Notes: generated from the letters alone by a model not told the origin. DNA of 25,296 bases from a virus (IMGVR_UViG_3300042822_000018:1-25296); one strand, 5' to 3'; shown: positions 15,601 through 23,350, counted from the first letter of the stretch. A program made the numbers and translations.

Positions 15601-17188
15601 CAAGGGGCTTGATAACGCGAAGTGGCCGAAGGTCATCGACATCAACCCGGCGGACCTGGTCGTCATCCGCGCCCGACTGGAAGGCCTGCGGCCCGAGTTT
15701 GAGCGGCTCGGTCGGGCGACGTGGCACCGGCAGGTCATGGCCCGGCTGGCCGAGGTCGAGAAGCGCGCCGACCCGAACGCCGTCATCCGTCTGGCCGAGG
15801 CCCGCCCCGATCTGGCCACGACAAAGGCCGCCGCGAGGGCTGCGGCACGGGAGCGGGCGGCGGCGATCGGGGCGCAACGCGGCACGGCGGCGCTGCTGGC
15901 GCGGGTCGATGAGCTCGTGGCCAGCAAGGCGTCAAAGGCCGTCATCCGCCAGGAACTCGACCCGGCCCTGCGCGCGCCCGAGCAGCTGTACGCCGGCGCG
16001 GACGATGCGGTCGCCGAGGCGCTGGCCGCCGCCCTGGACTCCGGCGACCTGGCCAAGTTGCGCAGCGCCATCACCCGATCCTCGACCCGGGCGAAGATCA
16101 AGCCCATCGGAAAGGCCGGGGCCAAAGCCAAGTTCGACCCGGCCACTATGGAAGGGGTCGGCGGCGTCGACATCCCGGACGGTGCCGACGTCGTCGTGGT
16201 GCGTCGGGGCGCGACGCTGCAGGGCGTCGAGACGCCAGAGAAGGCCGTCGTGCGTCTGGACGTCAAGCCGGTCAAGGCCGCCCCGACGAAGCCCTTCAGC
16301 GTGCCGACCGTCGAGCAGATGGCCGACACGGCTGGCGTTTCTCGCGCGGACGTCGCCGAGATCCGGCGTCTGACCCGCACGCTTGACCGGCCGCCCCGGA
16401 TCGTACTGAACGACGATTTCGATGACCGGTTCGCTCAGACTCACGCCGACTCCCAGGTGGTCAAAGAGTTCGCGCAACGCCACCAGGCTATCTACAACCG
16501 GATCGTCCAGGAGCAGTCGATCACTCGGCATTGGTCCGAGGTCATCGCGCCGTCTTTTGCGCGCGGCGGTCGGTCGCTGGCGGAAGTGCGCTCCGAGGCT
16601 GTTGACCGGCTGCGTGCGGCAATCGATGGCCAGCCGGTGATTATCCGTCGCGCCACGGAGTCGCGACTACGGCAGGCGCTGGACGACGGCCGGCTCAAAA
16701 CTCAGTTCGAAACGGGCACATCATCGGGCGTGCTCGACCCGGAGATGCGCGCCAACTTCGAGGCTATGGACTTCGATTACCCGGTGGACCTACCCGGGGC
16801 GCGCCGGCCGGTCTACGGGTATGTCAGCCCCAATGGCGTGCGGCCGGCCATTGAGGACGTCAGTCTCACCTCGTCCTATGGCGACATTCAACTCGTACTG
16901 CGTGATTCGACGCGTCCGCGGATCACGGTCACGGCTGCCGACTCACTCGACCATCGCCGCCATGTTCGACCATCGCCGATAGATAAGATCGACTGGCGCT
17001 CCACGCTCGGGCATGACGTCGACTACGCGTCCGAGGACTATCTGGACGAGCACTACGTTGAGGCTCAGATCCACGGCGGCGTGACCTGGGATGACGTCGC
17101 CGAGGTCGTTTTCGCGCGGAAGCCCGAGGCCTCGACCGTCGCAGCGCTGAAGCTTCGTGGCGTCGCATGGCGAGTGCTGACGAAGTAG
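12602..17188 (+). CDS. MuF (SPP1 gp7-like) minor head protein with polyvalent C-terminal effector domains
   Basis: MuF core KEWIATPDIRTRPTH...FPADP...SCRCT (ends about aa 290); HEFAH zincin; Rho-N-like; two GrpE-like repeats; GNSDRNGGN...IDH kinase; QFETGTS/RPVYG/YVEAQIHGG DUF3626-like. Confidence 0.88.
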   Translation: MQRIHGLTDDQVRAFEARIEQQMVDSLQYVMDTIARRIERNAMPQVAAAMALTAAVTTGPDGDDDPPPQSAELEIPPPEPEPNDIPATPDLPPGQPYVSPDDLASIAPLWQEQVTQQLVPIAAEVLQTAGQAVLAQLVDKSGVAALPKLGNLAAETYLRQQANTFDQVGDHLWHTARAQLAQGFEAGESIPQLAARLRQSAGLTARTGVLVARTSVIESSNFGSLATARASGLAMQKEWIATPDIRTRPTHLAADGQRVDINAKFTVGGHAADFPADPDLPPSERYSCRCTTGYIMPERPKRLPDATPEPDLAQLPGTSGVATEIEPLDLTPAVDEALTLPKASGTGVDQPAYGDHAPSYVRPSLRDAKTPRALRRAWQDEVQAITGYPFLVDAMPRGISLATAREYAEGTLQMFTQFPAAKMDRIHWFDEADGPYARVRSGGHAIEFNMRYASEAGRPKLLAGRRKDVTGWESGTTGWSVRNDVPTQGVVYHEFAHVIDEENLRRAIHPMLKPLMIRHATAEGVTDIDDLIKRRISSYATSDSHEMIAEAVTDVMVNGQAASAMSREIYDLMVAEYRRRGFAIRSAEPLDDLAAEAEREGLVFPKAAAPKTLASQTVAQLRTLAKERGITVPPGTRKADLVRMLDEAPPTVAPVDLAAQAVARQAAIDAARKTAQFATRIDEIIANAATPKALTHTIDTLGRQAGLSDAELGALRALVDDRPALLAAVRARASGQGVEVLGSTNDVVRFDRRIHQGIDGDLRQGQTVQVVRPASQVRIGDELVPLDKATVEATDLPLSQATPTPAGPVRELAPPPPLSRAPAAVQARQAQLREDAARPVLADKSRRQSGANAITTQVEHKGGPPTITKDFSRLGEGPSASKRRADAEELGALTSEAVGIRAPAVIRTGPRSVEMEHIDGQLGDEITRVGQPIEATGITETDEGRLLGLADILMGNSDRNGGNWMRLADGHLVAIDHEDAFYGGKLIGADDPFGAALVGRKGLDNAKWPKVIDINPADLVVIRARLEGLRPEFERLGRATWHRQVMARLAEVEKRADPNAVIRLAEARPDLATTKAAARAAARERAAAIGAQRGTAALLARVDELVASKASKAVIRQELDPALRAPEQLYAGADDAVAEALAAALDSGDLAKLRSAITRSSTRAKIKPIGKAGAKAKFDPATMEGVGGVDIPDGADVVVVRRGATLQGVETPEKAVVRLDVKPVKAAPTKPFSVPTVEQMADTAGVSRADVAEIRRLTRTLDRPPRIVLNDDFDDRFAQTHADSQVVKEFAQRHQAIYNRIVQEQSITRHWSEVIAPSFARGGRSLAEVRSEAVDRLRAAIDGQPVIIRRATESRLRQALDDGRLKTQFETGTSSGVLDPEMRANFEAMDFDYPVDLPGARRPVYGYVSPNGVRPAIEDVSLTSSYGDIQLVLRDSTRPRITVTAADSLDHRRHVRPSPIDKIDWRSTLGHDVDYASEDYLDEHYVEAQIHGGVTWDDVAEVVFARKPEASTVAALKLRGVAWRVLTK

Positions 17189-17198
17189 CATCGAATGC

Positions 17199-17441
17199 GT
17201 GATGGAGGTGGCAGGCCAGGACGGGGATGCTTACCTGGTCGTAGATGGCCCGGTCGGCGCGATCGTCAGTCGCGACCTGCCTGAGCCGCTCATACTGCCA
17301 GTGGCCTCGATCCTGGCTCATCGCGAGTTTGACCCGTACGACGGTCCGCTACCGCGTGGCCTGACGGTCGGCCTCGCCACCCAAATGGCCCAGGCGCGGG
17401 AGCGATTCGAAGCCGGGGACCCCGTCAGCGCGACCAAGTGA
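17199..17441 (+). CDS. Small protein, candidate immunity
   Basis: 80 aa, first gene after the MuF effector. Confidence 0.55.
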   Translation: MMEVAGQDGDAYLVVDGPVGAIVSRDLPEPLILPVASILAHREFDPYDGPLPRGLTVGLATQMAQARERFEAGDPVSATK

Positions 17442-17695
17442 CGTATCATGCGCTCATGAGCTTTCCGATCCGGCGCAACACGGACGGCAGCCTGCCGCAC
17501 GTCGGGCTTGGCGAGCCGAAGTCGATGTACGACGGCGGCACGGGTGACGAGTACGCGACCGCGGCCAAGGCGCTCGAGGACTTCATTGCCGGCTTCAAGC
17601 GAGGTATTGCCGGCGCCACAGCGACGGAGCGCGAGCCGATCCGCGTCACCGCCGAGGTCGGCCAGCCGGTCCCCGAGATCGAGGCAGCGCCGTGA
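17438..17695 (+). CDS. Small hypothetical protein
   Basis: 85 aa; GTGA overlaps on both sides. Confidence 0.55.
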   Translation: MTYHALMSFPIRRNTDGSLPHVGLGEPKSMYDGGTGDEYATAAKALEDFIAGFKRGIAGATATEREPIRVTAEVGQPVPEIEAAP

Positions 17696-17949
17696 CCGCC
17701 CGAGCGCAGGCCCAGTGCGCACCGTCGTGCGCCCGCTACTTGTCCCCGTTCAGCCCGGAGGGGCTGGCCCAGACCCGCACCGCCCCGTTCTGCGCCGCCT
17801 TCCCCGACGGCATTCCCGCTGACATCTGGAAGAACCGTGTCGACCACCGCCAGCCCGTCGAAGGCGACCACGGCCTGCAGTGGACGCCGGTCGACGAGGC
17901 GGTCTACCCGTTCCCCGAGTACGCCATGGCACCCGGAGCGACCAAGTGA
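17692..17949 (+). CDS. Small Cys/His protein of a type seen downstream of long MuF genes; candidate immunity
   Basis: CAPSC...CAAFPDGIPADIW..RVDHRQPVEGDHGLQW. Confidence 0.7.
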   Translation: MTARAQAQCAPSCARYLSPFSPEGLAQTRTAPFCAAFPDGIPADIWKNRVDHRQPVEGDHGLQWTPVDEAVYPFPEYAMAPGATK

Positions 17950-18728
17950 GCGAGCGATTCTGGGAGGACGACGTGCCCTGGCTGGGCGAACATGCCCCGG
18001 ATCCAGAACCTCTCGTCGCGGCCGCCGACGTCGACGCCGGGGCGATGGTCGCGCTCGTGCCCTCCGACGCTGACGCGCAGCGCCTGGCCCTGGCCGGCGG
18101 CGAGCCCGTCGAGCAGCTGCATCTGACCCTGGTCTACCTCGGTGACGCCGTCGACATCAATGAGGCGCAGCGCGCCGAGCTCATCGACGCCGGCCGCGAC
18201 ATGGTCCTGGGCTGGGACGGGGTGGCCGCCGAGGCGTTCGCTCCGGCCATCTTCAACCCGACTGGGCCTGAGCCGTGCGTCGTGCTCATCTGCTCCGGCG
18301 CCGAGCTGGCCGAGTTCTACGAGACGACCATGGCCGACGTCACCGAGATCGTCGACCTGCCCGACGATCTGCATGCACCCTGGATTCCGCACGTGTCATT
18401 GGCCTATGTGGCGCCGGGCGCCGACGTGAACGTCCCGATGCAGCATGCGATCAACGCGACCGGGCCCGTGACGTTCGACCGCCTGCGCTTCGCCTTCGCC
18501 GGCGAGATCACCGACATTCCCATCGTCACCGCCCCACGAGTCCCGGCGCCCCCGCCGGACGAGGCGACCACGGAGGACGGTGACGTGGCCGTTGTCGAGG
18601 CAGCCGCCGAGCCTGAATCCGTGGTCGCCTCGAGCACCCAGATGGCGCCGGACGAGCGCGCGGCCTTCGACGGCTGCTGGCACTGCTACGGGCCGGCCCA
18701 TGTCGGAGCCTGCCCGCCGGCGCTCTGA
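17946..18728 (+). CDS. 2H phosphoesterase (LigT/2'-5' RNA ligase/Acb1-like)
   Basis: Two Hx[T/S] motifs, LHLTLVYLG and WIPHVSLAY; C-terminal CWHC...H...C; GTG17946 coupled to upstream stop. Confidence 0.85.
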   Translation: MSERFWEDDVPWLGEHAPDPEPLVAAADVDAGAMVALVPSDADAQRLALAGGEPVEQLHLTLVYLGDAVDINEAQRAELIDAGRDMVLGWDGVAAEAFAPAIFNPTGPEPCVVLICSGAELAEFYETTMADVTEIVDLPDDLHAPWIPHVSLAYVAPGADVNVPMQHAINATGPVTFDRLRFAFAGEITDIPIVTAPRVPAPPPDEATTEDGDVAVVEAAAEPESVVASSTQMAPDERAAFDGCWHCYGPAHVGACPPAL

Positions 18729-18775
18729 GCGGCTATGATCACGCCAATCGGACACGGCGCGCACGGGGTGAGGTG

Positions 18776-20281
18776 ATGTTGTTGGACGACGGCGAAAGCG
18801 GCCTCGACCCCAACCCTGGCATGCAAGACCCGCAGGCCATCGAAGACGAGTTCGCCGTCGGCGACACCGCGCTCGAGACTATGGACGCGCCGGTCGACGA
18901 TTCGGTGGCACTGTTCGACGTGGCCGCTATGCTGCCCGGCACGCCCTGCTGGGGGGTGGCCTGCGTCGAAGGCCTGCCCGACGGTGCCGACCCGCGGCGC
19001 ATGTGGGCGCCGGGCTCGCTCGTCTTCGCGCCGACCCCGTTCCCGTTCAAGTTCCAGCCGATCGAGGCCGAAGGCCACACCGGCGCGCTCGTCGCTGGCC
19101 GGGTCGATGCCATCTGGCGCGACGGCGCGCTCATCCGTTGGGCCGGCGTCATGGATTCCATGGGCATGGCCGGCGCCGAAGCCGAGCGTCTGATCCAGGG
19201 CGACTTCATGCGCGGCGTCTCGATCATGGCCGACGACGTCACCGAGGCCGATATCGAGTACGTCATGCCCCCGGCGCCGGATCCGTCCGCGACGCTCGTG
19301 GTCGACGGCGATCCGGTCGAAGACGCTGTCGAGCCGGCGGTCGAGGCGATCATGCCGACCATGTGTGTCATGCACCATGGCCGGGTCCGGTCCATCACGA
19401 TGGTGGCCGAGCCGGCCTGGGTCGAATGCACAGTCAGCCTGGGCGCCTCCCCGTTCCAGCCGCCGATCATCGCCGAGACGTCGCCGCTGGCTGACGTCGA
19501 GGCGCTGGCCGCCGAGGCCGAGATCGCGCCGCCGGCCGCCGTGCCGCTGGTCGCCGCGGGCTGGTCGGTCAACATCCCCGAGTTGTGGCCTGAGCGCTGG
19601 TTTCAAGAACCGACCGAGGCCGAGATGGCGCTGGTCTCCACCGGCGCCATCCAGATCACGCCAGAGGGTCGGGTCTGGGGCCTGCTCGCGCCGGACCGCG
19701 TCGACCACCGTGCCTTCCGCCAGGTCGGCCGCAGCGTCCATGCGCCCCGCGGCATCGACTACTCGGAGTGGCAAAACAAGCCGTGCATTGTGGCCGGTGC
19801 TGACGGCGGCGTCTACAAGATCAACGCCGGGACGGTCACGTTCGGCTGCGGCCACGCCTCCCCGGTCGACCCGCGCCGCGCTGACCCGAACTGGGCGGCC
19901 GAGCACTACGACAACTCCTGCTCCGTGGCCATGCGTGCCCGGGTCGGCGAGAACCGGTACGGCACCTGGTTCGCCGGCGGCCTGGCCCACGGCCTCACCG
20001 CGAGCAGCTTTGAGCAGATCATGGGCTGCGCGCTGTCCGGCGACTGGCAGGGCGGGAAGCTGAAGGCCGCCCTGCTCGTGCCGTGCGAAGGCTTCCCGGT
20101 CGCAGTCACCGCCTCGGTCCGGGAGCGCATGGGCACGCTCGTCGCCTCGTCCGTCCCGATCGCGTTCCAGGCGCCCGAGCCGGACCGGTCCATGGACTGG
20201 GCGTTTGCCCTGGTCGCCTCGGCCCGCTTCGACGAGATCACCGAGGCCCGCTTCGCCGAGCTCGCCCGCGAAAGGGGGTGA
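18776..20281 (+). CDS. Capsid maturation (prohead) protease with additional C-terminal domain
   Basis: GHTGALVAGRVDAIW and MRGVSI His/Ser motifs of HK97/assemblin-type proteases; position before capsid; alternative GTG18773. Confidence 0.72.
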   Translation: MLLDDGESGLDPNPGMQDPQAIEDEFAVGDTALETMDAPVDDSVALFDVAAMLPGTPCWGVACVEGLPDGADPRRMWAPGSLVFAPTPFPFKFQPIEAEGHTGALVAGRVDAIWRDGALIRWAGVMDSMGMAGAEAERLIQGDFMRGVSIMADDVTEADIEYVMPPAPDPSATLVVDGDPVEDAVEPAVEAIMPTMCVMHHGRVRSITMVAEPAWVECTVSLGASPFQPPIIAETSPLADVEALAAEAEIAPPAAVPLVAAGWSVNIPELWPERWFQEPTEAEMALVSTGAIQITPEGRVWGLLAPDRVDHRAFRQVGRSVHAPRGIDYSEWQNKPCIVAGADGGVYKINAGTVTFGCGHASPVDPRRADPNWAAEHYDNSCSVAMRARVGENRYGTWFAGGLAHGLTASSFEQIMGCALSGDWQGGKLKAALLVPCEGFPVAVTASVRERMGTLVASSVPIAFQAPEPDRSMDWAFALVASARFDEITEARFAELARERG

Positions 20282-20287
20282 ACCGAC

Positions 20288-20377
20288 ATGTGTGCATGCG
20301 GAAAGACCGCGCCACCGCCCCCGCCGCCCGTCCCGACAACGACCGGCATCGAAGGCGAATCCGGCGCCGCACAGTAA
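20288..20377 (+). CDS. 29-aa MCxCG peptide between protease and capsid genes
   Basis: SD-like AAGGGGGTG; MCACGKTAPPPPPPVPTTTGIEGESGAAQ. Confidence 0.55.
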   Translation: MCACGKTAPPPPPPVPTTTGIEGESGAAQ

Positions 20378-20410
20378 GACCACGCGCCTGATGGCGCAAT
20401 AGGATCTCTA

Positions 20411-20499
20411 CCGTCTACGATGACGCACAAAGCAACCCCCGGATGCAGCTGGGGATGGCCAGCAATGACTGTCCTGTTCCTGCATCACGGGGGTTTCCC
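20411..20499 (+). promoter_or_regulatory. Candidate late promoter and structured 5' leader of the capsid gene
   Basis: TACGAT (20416-20421); AACCCCCGGATGCAG (20434-20448) pairs with CTGCATCACGGGGGTT (20480-20495) over the RBS. Confidence 0.6.
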
Positions 20500-22359
20500 A
20501 TGCCGAAGACCAACGCCCCGGGCACCGGCGATTCGGGTGCCCCCTTCGCCCTGCCCGCGGACCTTACGACGCTCACCGTCGAAGAGCTGACAGCCCTGCA
20601 CGAGTCGGCCACGTCCGAAATGGACACGCTGCTCGGCAACCGCAACCCGGCCGACCTGCCCCGCCTGGGCGAACTGCGCGAGGCCCGCAACACTCTCGGC
20701 GCCCGCCAGTCCGAGCTCGCCACCGAGCAGGCCGAACTGGACCGCCAGTTCGACGACTTCGCCAACGACCTGGCCGCACCGGCCGAGGTCGAGAGCGACA
20801 CGGCCACCGAGCCGGCCCTCGAAGGCGAGGTGCTCGACGCGCAGGCCCCAGCGGGTGCCGCGCCGGCCGCGCCGCAGCTCGTGACCGCGTCGGCCCGGCC
20901 GACCGGCGGAGCGACCACCGCGTCCCGCGAGACGGGCGGCCTGTCCGGCGCCCGTAACCGTCTGAACCCGAGCCTGTCTGCCGCGCGCCAGTCCGCGCCG
21001 GCCGCCGTCACCCAGGCCCCGGCCGCCGAGCTCGCCATGGTCGCCACCGCGGCCAACCCGGCCGGTCAGCTCGCCATGGGCTCGCAGATCTCCCAGTTCC
21101 GCCAGCTCACCGACCTCGCTGAGGTGAGCGCGCGGAACCTGACCGACCAGGCCGGCTTCCGCCCGACGCTGCCCAACGACAACGCCTACCGGCACGCGGC
21201 CCGGCGCCACGACGCCCCGTACGGCGGCACGATGATCGCCTCGATCCGCAACCAGTTCGACACTGTCCTGTCGGACAAGTCCTCGACCGCCGCGGTCGAG
21301 GAGTACATGGCCAAGCTCGAGCGCAGCCGCTCGGCCTCGGCCTTCGAGACGATCGTCGCGGCCGGCGGCTGGTGTGCGCCGAGTCAGATCCGCTACGACT
21401 TCTTCAACATCGCCGCCCAGTCCGGCATGATCGACCTGCCGACGTTCGGCGTCGAGCGGGGCGGCATCAACTTCCCCGTGTCGCCGAGCCTCGCGGACAC
21501 GTTCTCCCCGGCCCTGCCGTGGTACACCGCGTTCAGCAACGCCACCGTCCCGTGGCTCTGGACTGAGGGCAGCGACATCCTCGCGGTGACCGGCTCGCCG
21601 ACCAAGCCGTGCATTCGCGTGCCATGTTCGACCATGAGCGACGTGCGGCTGGAGTGCTACGGCATCTGCCTGACCGCCGGCAACCTGGCCGACAACGCGT
21701 GGCCGGAGTCGACCGCCAACTTCCTGCGGCTGCTCATGGCCGCCCACTACCACGCGGCCAACGCCCGCTACATCTCCGCAATCGCCGGCCTGGCCGTCGC
21801 CAACGCGGGCTGCACGGCGACCGGCTCTGGCGCGGCGGCTCCGCTGCTCAACATCGCCGAGTTGTCCGGCTGGGACTACCGGGCCAAGTACGGCATGGCC
21901 GCCACCGACGTCATCGAGTGGGTCCTGCCCGAGTGGGCCAAGGGCGTCGTCCGGGCCGACCTGGCCAAGCGGACCGGCGTCTCCGACTTCATGCGCATCC
22001 CGGACGACGAGATCGCGCGCTGGTTCGACGTGCGCAACATCCGCGTGCAGTTCGTCCAGGACTACCAGGTGCGCGCGGCCGGCCAGCCCGGTGCGATCAC
22101 CACCGGCGGCATCACCCAGTACCCGAGCACGCTCAAGGGCCTGATGTACGCGGCCGGCACGGTCGCCCGGGGCAACGGCATGAGCCTGGACCTGGGCGTC
22201 GTGCGCGACTCCACGCTCAACGAGACGAACGACTTCACCGCGGCGTGGATGGAAGAGTGCCACCTGATCGCGAAGTTCGGTCACGAGGTGCGCGAGTACA
22301 CCGTCAACATCTGCCCGGACGGCACCACCGGCGCGGCCGACCTGACCGCCTGCTGCTGA
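20500..22359 (+). CDS. Major capsid protein with N-terminal scaffold-like region
   Basis: N-terminal coiled coil and Ala/Pro linker, then VAAGGWCAPSQIRYD, RGGINFP, LDLGVVRDSTLNETND; resembles cluster-B-type actinophage hexamer capsid proteins. Confidence 0.85.
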   Translation: MPKTNAPGTGDSGAPFALPADLTTLTVEELTALHESATSEMDTLLGNRNPADLPRLGELREARNTLGARQSELATEQAELDRQFDDFANDLAAPAEVESDTATEPALEGEVLDAQAPAGAAPAAPQLVTASARPTGGATTASRETGGLSGARNRLNPSLSAARQSAPAAVTQAPAAELAMVATAANPAGQLAMGSQISQFRQLTDLAEVSARNLTDQAGFRPTLPNDNAYRHAARRHDAPYGGTMIASIRNQFDTVLSDKSSTAAVEEYMAKLERSRSASAFETIVAAGGWCAPSQIRYDFFNIAAQSGMIDLPTFGVERGGINFPVSPSLADTFSPALPWYTAFSNATVPWLWTEGSDILAVTGSPTKPCIRVPCSTMSDVRLECYGICLTAGNLADNAWPESTANFLRLLMAAHYHAANARYISAIAGLAVANAGCTATGSGAAAPLLNIAELSGWDYRAKYGMAATDVIEWVLPEWAKGVVRADLAKRTGVSDFMRIPDDEIARWFDVRNIRVQFVQDYQVRAAGQPGAITTGGITQYPSTLKGLMYAAGTVARGNGMSLDLGVVRDSTLNETNDFTAAWMEECHLIAKFGHEVREYTVNICPDGTTGAADLTACC

Positions 22360-22360
22360 G

Positions 22361-22381
22361 CGTAGGGCGATTCGCCCTACG
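22361..22381 (+). terminator. Perfect inverted repeat after capsid gene (terminator or attenuator)
   Basis: CGTAGGGCGA-T-TCGCCCTACG; no U-tract. Confidence 0.6.
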
Positions 22382-22417
22382 GACCCGATAGACGCATGAG
22401 GAAAGGGGCGTGACGAC

Positions 22418-23350
22418 ATGGCTGGACCGCGGCAACTCGTTGCGCCCCCCACCTACGTCGATCCACAGTTCGGGCTGCTGTCCGTCGTGCAGCCGCGCTA
22501 CGACGTGGCCGACGTGCACTGGCGCAACGGCGTTACCTGGCAGGACCTGTGCGGCCAGGGCGGCGCCACCTACGACCCGTACTGCCTCGTCTCGGGCACC
22601 GGCAACACGCCCGCGGTCAAGGCGGCCAACGTCACCGTCAACACGTTCGCGGCGCTGCCGTTCACCGCGTTCGCTGAGGTCAACTGCTCGCCGGTGGGCT
22701 ACAGCCAGGACGAGCAGCGGGCCCGGGCGGTCGACGCCCTGACGCGCACCGAGTCCTACCAGGTCGAGAAGGCTTTCTGGACGGGCACGGCCGGCGGCGA
22801 CGCCAACCAGGTCTACCCGCACCTGGCCGCGGCCGAGGCTGTCTACGACTCCAACCATCTGCCCGTCGCGCAGCTGCAGTGCGCGGCCACCTCGGTCACC
22901 GGCTCGACCGTCCTGGACATCGTCGAAGGCCTCGCCCGGCTCGAAAGCGCGTGGGCGGCCTGTGGTCGGCCGACGCTCGGGCAGGGCACCATCCACGTGC
23001 CGGTGGCGTTGGGCTCGGCCCTGTTCTACGAGCACCTGGTCAAGGCCGATGGGGCGCAGCTCAAGACGGAGACCGGCAACCTGGTGGCGCTGGGCGGCGG
23101 CTACCAGGGCACCAGCCCCGCCGGCGTGGCCACCCCCAACGTGGCCTGGATCTACATGACCGGCCCCGTGTTCGCGTACCGCTCATCTCCCGAGACGTTC
23201 AACTTCAAAGAGATGTTCAACCGCGAAAACAACACCCTGCAGTCAATCGTCGAGCGAACCTACGTGCTCGGCTATAGCTGCTGCTGCCTGCTCGCCGTCG
23301 CGGTGTCTGTCGGCGGAGACGTCACCGGCCAGCCCCTCTCGGCGTTCTAG
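22418..23350 (+). CDS. Second capsid protein (pentamer-type or minor capsid)
   Basis: HWRNGVTW, PFTAFAEVNCSPVG, VEKAFW, TETGNLVALGGGY, VERTYVLGY; follows the major capsid gene. Confidence 0.65.
   Translation: MAGPRQLVAPPTYVDPQFGLLSVVQPRYDVADVHWRNGVTWQDLCGQGGATYDPYCLVSGTGNTPAVKAANVTVNTFAALPFTAFAEVNCSPVGYSQDEQRARAVDALTRTESYQVEKAFWTGTAGGDANQVYPHLAAAEAVYDSNHLPVAQLQCAATSVTGSTVLDIVEGLARLESAWAACGRPTLGQGTIHVPVALGSALFYEHLVKADGAQLKTETGNLVALGGGYQGTSPAGVATPNVAWIYMTGPVFAYRSSPETFNFKEMFNRENNTLQSIVERTYVLGYSCCCLLAVAVSVGGDVTGQPLSAF

Noticed and set aside
13508-15877. 789-aa minus-strand ORF
   Set aside because: Antisense shadow of MuF caused by GC-rich codon bias; no motifs
12602-17188. Tape measure protein or intein, suggested by length
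   Set aside because: Clear MuF core and head-module position; no intein splice-junction or LAGLIDADG motifs seen
20443-20499. Upstream ATG for the capsid gene
   Set aside because: No SD and lies within the leader stem; ATG20500 preferred
18686-22452. 565-aa and 655-aa minus-strand ORFs
   Set aside because: Antisense to protease and capsid genes; Arg/Gly/Ala-rich shadow translations
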